From contig CAYSHM010000025.1 in assembly GCA_964430885.1 (NCBI GenBank), forward strand, positions 1 to 46,951: a stretch of 46,951 nt of DNA, read 5' to 3'. The stretch is from an uncultured archaeon. Its GTDB lineage: Archaea > Thermoplasmatota > Penumbrarchaeia > JASLWR01. Made by a program: the position numbers and the translations under genes. The notes beneath the pieces are model-generated. The model searched no databases and was not told where the DNA came from. It saw only the letters and a program-made list of their open reading frames with translations. Positions 38,838 through 46,951 of this stretch are shown in pieces (positions within the stretch are counted from its first letter, which is position 1; each line of letters opens with the position of its first letter).

Positions 38838-39097
38838 AGCTGTTGATGACTGCAGCAGTCAGTAGAGGACTTTAATGTTCAATTCGTTCTATAATTTTTC
38901 AACAGCGTATCGGTTTCCGATCCTGGAAGTTCTGTCGAATGAAAGAAATCCGGTAACCCGATTTGATTCATATCTATATTTTATCAAAAAAATATTATAT
39001 TAGTATCAACCTGGGATATTGATAATTCATTGGCGGTAATGCCACAATTGTATGTTTTTATGCTCCATATCTTGCTATGATGAAGAGGTGAATCTCA

Positions 39098-42000
39098 ATG
39101 ACGGAAAAGGTATTGTATAAAAGGATGAAGAATATAGGAATAATTTCATGTATTTTGATCTCGGCCCTGGGCTTAATGGCAGGTCCAGGGGTTGCGGATT
39201 CTCTAACATTTATCGGTGAATTTAACTCCATGGGCGAATCCGACCTGGGTCATTTTGTAGAAAGTATACCCGATTTTACCGGTGACGGACTGACGGAAAT
39301 GATGGTAGGCCAGCCATATAATAATTCCAACGGTGGAGCGGTGTACATATTCTTCTCACCTCTGGAGGGAAAGAACGTTACCACCGACACCGCTGATATT
39401 ACCATTACAGGCGATGAGATGGGCCAGAAGTTCGGTTATTCTGGAGCCTATCTGCCGGACTTGTTCAATGACGGCAATAATATCCACGGAGAAATAGCAA
39501 TAGGTGCACCGGGCGACGAAACTGATGACGGTGCAGTCTATGTATTCGAGCTTGACAATATTGACCAAGGAGGTGCTTTCACCTATGCGAATGCGGACCA
39601 CACAATAACAGGTGATGCCGACGAGGAATTCGGTTATTCCCTTGCACCGGCAGCTGATATTAATAATGACAACAATCCGGATCTTTTGATAGGTGCACCT
39701 TCAGGATTTGCATGGATGGATCAGGGCCAAACTATACGTTCAGGACGGACCTATATTATCTACGGCCAGGATGATGTACCGGGTGACTCCAGCGGGTCGG
39801 ATGTCATTATCAAGGCTTTCGATTCTGATGAAAAATTCGGCTTTTCGGTCTCCTCCGCCGGAGACTTGGATAATGATGGAGAGAACGATATCGTAGCAGG
39901 TGCGCCGTTTAACGGAACCACCGGCATATCCTGTATATTCTTCGGAGGTTCCCTGACTGGAACGATCAATACGGCCAGTTCTGATGCGGTGATTACAGGT
40001 CAGTCACCTGGTGCTGAACTAGGTTTTTCCGCTAGTGTGGCCGGTGATTTTAATAGTGATAATATTGATGATGTTCTGCTGGGTTCTCCAGGTCATGTGA
40101 GCAATTGGGGTGCGGCATATGTAATATTCGGCGATGCTGGTTTGGGGGATATGGACCTCGGGACCGCCCAGTCCGGATTTGTAGGATTCATAGCTACAAG
40201 ATGGGCAAGGTTCGGAGAATCAGTGTCGGGTCTTGGGGATATGGATGCAGACGGAATTGATGACTGCATAATTGGAGCGCCTATGGAAAATGAGACCCGG
40301 GGATTTGCCTATACCTTCTTCGGGAATGAAACATTTGACGAGAGATATATCGAAACCACAAGTGCCAATACAACAAACAGAGGTAAGGCCAGAGGAGAGA
40401 AGTTCGGTACCAGTGTCAGCGAGGGCGGTGATGTCAACGGTGATGTTTATTTGGATGCATTTTGCGGAGCGGGAAACGCATCTGAAGGTTGGGGGCGAGC
40501 CTATGTCCTTAAGATAAACCACATTCCTGCCCTTACAGTACCAGAACCGGTTTCACCGGCCAAAGGGAATTCAACCACGTCTTTCACCTACAAGGTAATA
40601 TATTCCGACCTTGAAAATGATGCCCCGGCTACTGGTTTTCCTAGGGTTGCCATATACAAGAATTTCGATGCGTTCACCCATAATGCATCCAGTCCAGCAC
40701 CTATGGAGCTGGACATGGATTCAGCAGCAGGTCTGCATGATGGCGATTATATCAATGGAGAACAGTATAGATATTCAACGGTATTGGGTTCAGATGAGGA
40801 TTTCAATTATAGGTTCCAAGCCAGGGCTGCGACCGGTCTTTTGGATGATGTGGAGACTCCTCTGCAGACCAATGAATCAATGGGTCCAGATCCTTATGTA
40901 GATGTTACCCCACCTGCATTGATTTCAAATGTTGTTGCTGTGGATACCCCCAGCGATTACGGGGGATCTATAACCGTGAGTTGGGACGAAAGTTCAACCG
41001 CTGATTTTGGAGCCTATGAGATATTTATTGAAAATACCACCTTCTCCAATGTTCAGTTCAAATCGCCCATTGCAATACTCTTTGATAACACTACCACCGC
41101 CTATGACATTACAAGCTACAACGGTTTACCTCTGGAGGATTATACTACCTATTTTGTAGCTGTGGGTGCTAGGGATGATGTTGACAACAGGATACTTGTC
41201 CCTGAGGTGTTCGAGGTAATACCGAAGGATAATTATAATCTGTTCCCAAGCCCCATATCAGATCTGATTGCAGAGCCTGGGGATGACCTTGGATCTGTAG
41301 TTCTAACCTGGTCAGCGGTTGGAGAGAATGAGATGTCCGATGGGCCTGTGGGTGAATATATTATTAAACGCACAACAACCAGGCCTTTCTATGGTCCAAG
41401 TGATTGGGCCAGTGGTATATTGGTCGATCATGACCTTACTCCTCCGGCTCCCGGTGTTGAAATGGGACTTACCATTGAGGGACTCAATCACGAGATGGAG
41501 CATTATTTTGCCGTGAGGGCAGTTGACAGTGTAGGTCAGATCTCAAATCTCACCGAAGGCGCAAGAAATTCCACAACTCCGGGTCAGGCAGCGGACCTAG
41601 ATGCTCCCGAGCCAGTCCTTGGAGTTGGAACCTATAATATTGAGAACGACAATGTATCAATTGGGATTCTCTGGTCAAAGAACAATGCTCAGGATTTCAA
41701 CCATTACAATATCTATATTTCCGTGTCGCATTTTGAATGGATAAATGAAACCGGTGTGTATCTGGAATCCAGCAACATCACCGATAAGGAGATCGAACAG
41801 ACCACCATTTCCACAATTAACGGGCAGTCATTGGAATTCGGCAGGACCTATTACGCTGCGGTCACCGCGGTTGATAATAATGGAAACGAGGACCTGTCAG
41901 TGATCTGTTCCTCGGGCATATTGTTCACTGACGACAATGATCTTACTCCGCCACTGCCTTTAGAAAATGTGGTACTTAGCGATACGGATGGTGATAATGG

Positions 42001-43522
42001 AAGATCACTAAATCTTGAATGGGACCGATCATACGTGGGGGATTTCAAGGAATATAGGATATATGTGTCCAGTTCTAATTTCGCATCGCTGGCTGATGCT
42101 TCTGTGAAGAAGACCCTAACATTCGATGATATCAAGATCCAATCCACCAATATAACCGCCTATGAAGGAACGTCTCTGGAAAATGGTCAGGATTACTATG
42201 CTGCAGTGGTTGCAGTTGATTTCAATGGCTTGGAATCGCCTCTTGGTGCAACAAGTATAGCCGGTCCTGTTCAGCCGGTTGATGATTCCGATACAGATGA
42301 ACCAGAAGCGGTATCCGGAGTCAAGGCCGCCCAAGTGAACAAGATTAATCTGACTTTGGAATGGACACCCATATCCATAGGGGAAGTTCCAGATTTCCAT
42401 CAGTACATTATATTCTATTCCAGCAGTTCATTCGGCAGTGATGTCGCATCGGCTACAATGATGGATGGAACATCAAACGCCAACCTTATGAAGCATGGTA
42501 CACACAGCCTCTTTATTGACGGATTGGACAAGGAAACCAGCTACTACTTCGCAGTTCTCTGTCAGGATGACAGAATGGCCAAGGAAAATGATGTGGACGG
42601 CATTCTTTCCAATGAGGTTAAAGCTACGACCCTTGGGGACAATGCAGCACCGGTTCTCAGCATGGGAACGGTCAGCCCTGCAAAGGGGACTCAGGATAAT
42701 AATTTTGTTTTCAAGGTCCATCTTACAGACCCTGACTCTCCACCTCTATATGTTAGGCTTGTTCTGGACGGTGATCAGGAGTTCGATATGGTTTTGGATA
42801 CTGGGAACTACACCACGGGAGCCCAGTATACCCTTTCCAAAAGGTTATCTCTTGGGGATCATACCTACTTCTTCATTGTTCTGGATTCTTATGTCCTGGG
42901 GAATGCTGATAAAGAGGTTGTCCACACACCCACCAACAATATAATAAAGGTGAGTAAATCCACAACCGGCAGCGATGGAGGCGGGGTGTCGGCTGTGGCT
43001 ATAATAATAATAATACTTGTTGTCCTTCTTATCACCGCTGCTGTGTTTGGTCTTGTAATTCTGATGAAAAAGAGGAAAAAGGAGGAAGAGGAGCGGGAAG
43101 AGAGGTTGATCAAGAAGGAGAAGGCAAAGGAGGACCTACCCAAATGGACCTGTTCCTGTGGGGAGGAATCCGTTCCTGTTACGGATAACGGCCATTGCGG
43201 ATTCTGCGGGGATACCTGGGATGCGGTTTCCATAGAGGAAGCTAAATTGATGCTTATTCCCGAAGAAGAAAGAATGGCACAGGAGAAAAAGGCAGCCCTG
43301 GACCTCTATGGAGATCTTTATAGCGACACTGGATCCACCTCTGCTGCTGATACTTATTCCGATACTCAGTCAATTGAGCAGTCCTCGGATAAAGGCAGCA
43401 TGGAAAACTTTGATGAAGGGGTTGGAACCGGTGAAGTTATTACGGAAACGGACTCGGGAGCTCAGGGCAGCGCTCAACAATCCCCGCCAGCAAAACCCAA
43501 GCCGCCTGCACCTCCCCAGTAG
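39098..43522 (+). CDS. Large surface protein: FG-GAP (integrin-alpha-like) propeller, FN3/Ig stalk, TM, cytoplasmic Zn ribbon
   Basis: About 7 FG..GAP repeats with DxxxDG Ca-type loops; FN3-like W..S..DF..Y.IY repeats; TM followed by KKRKK; WTCSCG...CGFCG; acidic/Pro tail. Confidence 0.85.
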   Translation: MTEKVLYKRMKNIGIISCILISALGLMAGPGVADSLTFIGEFNSMGESDLGHFVESIPDFTGDGLTEMMVGQPYNNSNGGAVYIFFSPLEGKNVTTDTADITITGDEMGQKFGYSGAYLPDLFNDGNNIHGEIAIGAPGDETDDGAVYVFELDNIDQGGAFTYANADHTITGDADEEFGYSLAPAADINNDNNPDLLIGAPSGFAWMDQGQTIRSGRTYIIYGQDDVPGDSSGSDVIIKAFDSDEKFGFSVSSAGDLDNDGENDIVAGAPFNGTTGISCIFFGGSLTGTINTASSDAVITGQSPGAELGFSASVAGDFNSDNIDDVLLGSPGHVSNWGAAYVIFGDAGLGDMDLGTAQSGFVGFIATRWARFGESVSGLGDMDADGIDDCIIGAPMENETRGFAYTFFGNETFDERYIETTSANTTNRGKARGEKFGTSVSEGGDVNGDVYLDAFCGAGNASEGWGRAYVLKINHIPALTVPEPVSPAKGNSTTSFTYKVIYSDLENDAPATGFPRVAIYKNFDAFTHNASSPAPMELDMDSAAGLHDGDYINGEQYRYSTVLGSDEDFNYRFQARAATGLLDDVETPLQTNESMGPDPYVDVTPPALISNVVAVDTPSDYGGSITVSWDESSTADFGAYEIFIENTTFSNVQFKSPIAILFDNTTTAYDITSYNGLPLEDYTTYFVAVGARDDVDNRILVPEVFEVIPKDNYNLFPSPISDLIAEPGDDLGSVVLTWSAVGENEMSDGPVGEYIIKRTTTRPFYGPSDWASGILVDHDLTPPAPGVEMGLTIEGLNHEMEHYFAVRAVDSVGQISNLTEGARNSTTPGQAADLDAPEPVLGVGTYNIENDNVSIGILWSKNNAQDFNHYNIYISVSHFEWINETGVYLESSNITDKEIEQTTISTINGQSLEFGRTYYAAVTAVDNNGNEDLSVICSSGILFTDDNDLTPPLPLENVVLSDTDGDNGRSLNLEWDRSYVGDFKEYRIYVSSSNFASLADASVKKTLTFDDIKIQSTNITAYEGTSLENGQDYYAAVVAVDFNGLESPLGATSIAGPVQPVDDSDTDEPEAVSGVKAAQVNKINLTLEWTPISIGEVPDFHQYIIFYSSSSFGSDVASATMMDGTSNANLMKHGTHSLFIDGLDKETSYYFAVLCQDDRMAKENDVDGILSNEVKATTLGDNAAPVLSMGTVSPAKGTQDNNFVFKVHLTDPDSPPLYVRLVLDGDQEFDMVLDTGNYTTGAQYTLSKRLSLGDHTYFFIVLDSYVLGNADKEVVHTPTNNIIKVSKSTTGSDGGGVSAVAIIIIILVVLLITAAVFGLVILMKKRKKEEEEREERLIKKEKAKEDLPKWTCSCGEESVPVTDNGHCGFCGDTWDAVSIEEAKLMLIPEEERMAQEKKAALDLYGDLYSDTGSTSAADTYSDTQSIEQSSDKGSMENFDEGVGTGEVITETDSGAQGSAQQSPPAKPKPPAPPQ

Positions 43523-43649
43523 AAGATAATATCGGATAGATTACCGGCGGATCAATTATTTGATAGCTTGAGATATTGTCAATAAAATGGAAAGAAGCAT
43601 TAAAGAAAATAAGTAACATGTTGCTTTGATATCTGGTGAGGTGAAGCAG

Positions 43650-44780
43650 ATGAAGTACGGCAACAATTTAAAAGTTGGATCTGAACGTACCGGGAAGATA
43701 CTTTCTCAGGTCTGTGTCTGGCTTGTCCGTTTGCTTTTGGGAGCATCATCAATAATCGAGATGAGCGCTCAAAGATGGGATATTTTTTTCATCAATTTGT
43801 TTGCAATAATTCTTACATTTCTGCCTTTTGGTATTCGTCTTGCCCTGAAGATTTCATTCCCTCGCTCCTTCAAGATTGCTCTGTATTTTTCCCTTTTGGT
43901 GATGGTAATTGTAGAGAAATTTCTTGAAGGCTGGGTTGTATTCATGATGCTGGGTCTTCTGCTGGGTATTGTGGGATTCATTGTAATGTATGTTATCTAC
44001 ATAAGCAAGAAGATGACCTCCTTTGACTTCATGATCGTGCTTTTTTCATTCTGTTTTGCAGTATCCATCGGAGCGGTGTGGGAGGTATTTCAGTTTCTGA
44101 TGACTGATACCCTGAAAGTTCACTTGGAAGGGTTTTACGGTAATTATTCCCCGGAGGGCCTTGTAATGATTGTCTTGGGGGCCGCTTTCTCATCCATCTG
44201 GGGTTATGGATATCTGAAATTCAGCAAGAAGAACCTAATACAGCATGTTGTTGGAAATTTTCAGAAACAGAATCCCAATCTAGTGAGCTATGATGATTCC
44301 CCTGAAGATATTAAACGTCTGATCGAACAGGGTGAGAGCGAGAATTTGGAATTCAAAACCACACTGCGCATGAACCAATATACCAAGGTAAAGGATAATC
44401 GGATCGAGAACTCTGCAATGAAATCAATTGCAGCTTTTCTCAATTCATCAGGCGGCAATCTTCTGATAGGTGTATCTGATGAAGGGGAGATTGGTGGGGT
44501 CGAGAAGGATAAATTCAAGAACAACGACGGCTTCTATAAGCATTTCTCCAATCTTGTGACAGGCAGAATAGGCAACGATTATCTTCCTTTCATTCGGTCC
44601 AGTATAATAAGCATGGATGGAGGTCATGTGATGAAGGTAGTTTGTAAGCAGAGCAACAAACCTGTCTTCATAAAGGACGGCAACAAAGAGAAGTTCTATG
44701 TCCGCACAGGCCCCACCACCCAGGAACTGGAAGGATCTGAGCTGATCTCTTACGTTAACAAAAGATTCCGCAGAAAATGA
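43650..44780 (+). CDS. Multi-pass membrane domain fused to AlbA_2 (Schlafen-like) domain
   Basis: About 6 TM segments with GAVWEVFQF; C-terminal GESENLEFK, IAAFLNSSGGNLLIGVSDEG, FYVRTG; RBS GGTGAGGTGA before ATG 43650. Confidence 0.85.
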   Translation: MKYGNNLKVGSERTGKILSQVCVWLVRLLLGASSIIEMSAQRWDIFFINLFAIILTFLPFGIRLALKISFPRSFKIALYFSLLVMVIVEKFLEGWVVFMMLGLLLGIVGFIVMYVIYISKKMTSFDFMIVLFSFCFAVSIGAVWEVFQFLMTDTLKVHLEGFYGNYSPEGLVMIVLGAAFSSIWGYGYLKFSKKNLIQHVVGNFQKQNPNLVSYDDSPEDIKRLIEQGESENLEFKTTLRMNQYTKVKDNRIENSAMKSIAAFLNSSGGNLLIGVSDEGEIGGVEKDKFKNNDGFYKHFSNLVTGRIGNDYLPFIRSSIISMDGGHVMKVVCKQSNKPVFIKDGNKEKFYVRTGPTTQELEGSELISYVNKRFRRK

Positions 44781-44797
44781 AGGTTTTCATACAGTTT

Positions 44798-46756
44798 TTA
44801 TATGACCGAATTTTCAAGCTTGATTTTCGCCCAAACAGCGAGATGGTCCGAACCCAAGTATTCGTCCATAACTCCGGCTTCCAATACTTCTAGTCCCCTA
44901 TCCTCAGAAAGCAGGATATAATCGATTCTTCGGTCAGGTTCCGCTGCTTCATAGGAGTAGCCTTTTGGGTCCATATTGTCCTTTCCTGATAGGGTCCATG
45001 CGTCCCCCAGCTCTTTGAGATATATGTTGATCTGTGACGATTGTGGTTTCGAATTCAGATCGCCCATAAGTATCAAGGGTTTATCATCCTTTTCCAGAAT
45101 CTCGATAACCTCTTTTGTCTGGGTAGTCCGATCCTCGTCTATTAAACCCATGTGAACCCCGTAAACCGATATCACATTTTTTCCTATTGTTATGTCGCCA
45201 TGAATCAGAACCCTCTGATCCTCGATACTCGTGAGTTTTGTGACCGACCTGTTACTAATGGGATACCTAGACAGAAGAGAAACGCCGTAGATCTGCATAT
45301 CCGTACTAGGTCCGAAATAAGGGAACATGTCCAAATTGTGAGAGAGGTAGCTGATCATATCGACATTTGTACTGCTTATTCTATTGGTATCGGATTCCTG
45401 GAGGACTAGTATGTCCGGCCTTACTTTTTTCAGAGGTGCAATGATCTCTTCAGGAGATATGCGGTAGTCCATATCGAAACCCTGGTGAATGTTATATGTT
45501 ACAACCGTTATCTCATCCTTAGCCTCTTCGTTCTGCAGGGTCTTCTTAGGGTATGAAATACTCCCTGAGAGCAGCAATAGCAGAAGTATGCAGAAAATGA
45601 TAAGAATTGTTGTGGTTGTTCCTTTGGAAAATCTCTTGATCTCAGTTTTCAGCCTTTTGGTCCAACAGTTTTTGGTTTTATTCCTGTAAACCTGTAACAG
45701 CACTATTTCACAGAGGGCCATTATTATTACAGGTGTAATTATCACAGAGTTGAACCTTCCCTCCAGAAACCCGAAGATATCTACCTGCCCTGCGACGAGG
45801 CTGCCGACATCAAAGAATACATGGATCAGCACTACAACCTGTGCAATAACAAATGTTCTGGCTATATCTCTTCTATCCGAAGCCGTATTGAGTGTCCGAA
45901 TAAAATTTATCCCCAGGAGAAGCGGTATGAAAGTTAGAAGAGATGCCGCAGTCAGCGTTGTTATCATAGGGGTTTTCCAATAGAGCAGATTTAAATATAC
46001 AAGAAGTATGTAGATAGCCCCGACGAAGTTAAGTTTTTTTATAACGCTCCAGGGAATCCTTTTCACCAATATTATCAGTAGAGGCAGTAATGCAAATACG
46101 GCAAAGCACATAGCGGTTCCCTGATAATCCATATCGTTGGTCCATCTAGCCAGTCTGTTTGGGAATCCCAGTAGAGAAAGGTAGAGATAGAACATTATAC
46201 CTGTTGAGAGCCCGATCAGCAGGTTATGGCGAATTGGGAGATATTCTCTGATTTCATTTTTTATCAATTTTTTTTCCGAGGGGAAGGAGAATATCTGGCC
46301 TTTCAAGCTTAAATAGGATAGAAGAAGCGGTATTCCAATAAGAACAATCACAATAATGGATCCGACCCATTTGTATCCTGGTATTCCGTAAATGCTCATG
46401 TCGAAAGTATTGCCGTGAGTCCGTAAAACCAGATCAATTGCTATTGCTAACGATATCGAACCAACCAGTCCTCTAAGACCCAGAATAGATGAGTTCGGAT
46501 TCATTCTAGTTTCATTCCAGAAAAAAAGAAGAACAATAGGTAAAAGGCTTCCCATAAGCATCATCATCAATGCCAGTAAAAGGATGTAATAATTTCCATG
46601 AATTGCGAAGGACATCGGGAATCGAAGGATCAGGCTCAGCAGCAGCCCGATAAATACCATCTTAAGCGAATTGAATCTGTACAACCAGATGACATATACT
46701 GCAGGTGATAGAAAGGCCAGAACCCATAGGAAAGGCATAGATATGTCCATCTCCAT
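44798..46756 (-). CDS. Polytopic membrane protein with C-terminal endonuclease/exonuclease/phosphatase domain (CWH43/PGAP2IP-like); true start probably further upstream
   Basis: Many TM segments, then TYNIHQG, LQESD, LSRYPI, MGDLN, RIDYI, SDH. The frame stays open for 60 further codons to 46936. Confidence 0.85.
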   Translation of the reverse strand: MEMDISMPFLWVLAFLSPAVYVIWLYRFNSLKMVFIGLLLSLILRFPMSFAIHGNYYILLLALMMMLMGSLLPIVLLFFWNETRMNPNSSILGLRGLVGSISLAIAIDLVLRTHGNTFDMSIYGIPGYKWVGSIIVIVLIGIPLLLSYLSLKGQIFSFPSEKKLIKNEIREYLPIRHNLLIGLSTGIMFYLYLSLLGFPNRLARWTNDMDYQGTAMCFAVFALLPLLIILVKRIPWSVIKKLNFVGAIYILLVYLNLLYWKTPMITTLTAASLLTFIPLLLGINFIRTLNTASDRRDIARTFVIAQVVVLIHVFFDVGSLVAGQVDIFGFLEGRFNSVIITPVIIMALCEIVLLQVYRNKTKNCWTKRLKTEIKRFSKGTTTTILIIFCILLLLLLSGSISYPKKTLQNEEAKDEITVVTYNIHQGFDMDYRISPEEIIAPLKKVRPDILVLQESDTNRISSTNVDMISYLSHNLDMFPYFGPSTDMQIYGVSLLSRYPISNRSVTKLTSIEDQRVLIHGDITIGKNVISVYGVHMGLIDEDRTTQTKEVIEILEKDDKPLILMGDLNSKPQSSQINIYLKELGDAWTLSGKDNMDPKGYSYEAAEPDRRIDYILLSEDRGLEVLEAGVMDEYLGSDHLAVWAKIKLENSVI

Positions 46757-46951
46757 AAGATTGAATGCATAAACAGTTCCGATGAATTCCCTAAGGGTCT
46801 GTAGAAATAACCAAGATATAATAGTAAGAATTACGATTGGACAAGCTTGAACCCAGAAAGCGTTCGAAGATCGGGGATTATTTTCTACTTTACCTAAGGA
46901 GCCCGCCCGAGAATTAACCTCCAGTAACCAAAATATTCATTATAACAATAA

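Noticed and set aside
38847-38861. Perfect palindrome TGACTGC-A-GCAGTCA after pepT
   Set aside because: Only one copy noticed, 7-bp arms and no U-tract; could arise by chance.
1-46951. CRISPR arrays, IS elements, integrases and the many short overlapping or antisense ORFs in the track
   Set aside because: No spaced direct repeats or transposase/recombinase motifs were seen; the short ORFs are shadows of well-supported genes.

Overview
Gene-dense archaeal chromosome segment, most likely Thermoplasmatota (inferred from a class I CCA-adding enzyme, COG2517 tRNA-binding protein, COG1361-type S-layer protein, AbrB-PhoU regulator, BRE/TATA promoters, GGTGA/GAGGTG RBSs and bacterial-type gyrase). 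It carries housekeeping genes (tRNA-Leu(CAG), gyrB, gyrA, thpR, cca, pepT, a thrC-like gene), several large membrane-anchored surface proteins and peptidases, and nfnAB/sudAB. No CRISPR array, IS element or integrase was seen. Two loci stand out. (1) 15469-20296 is a four-gene operon (KAS-III, catalytically degenerate KAS-III, OleC-type ligase, OleD-type reductase, no oleB). This matches the architecture of the bacterial lipstatin (lstABCD) and nocardiolactone (nltABCD) beta-lactone clusters, here in an archaeon, and a Ser alpha/beta hydrolase converges on it. (2) 31481-34097 is a bacterial-type NADP-dependent gndA followed by a Gfo/Idh/MocA protein carrying correctly spaced glucose-6-phosphate dehydrogenase-like motifs, transcribed divergently from nfnAB; this is a candidate new archaeal oxidative pentose phosphate/NADPH module. 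Smaller oddities are a degenerate, structured tRNA-Leu copy in the tRNA leader, a long hairpin upstream of gyrB, a membrane-Schlafen(AlbA_2) fusion, an integrin-like receptor with a cytoplasmic Zn ribbon, a membrane-anchored C4HC3 RING/PHD-like protein, and an EEP gene whose reading frame has no proper start codon. All assignments come from reading motifs by eye; no database searches were run.
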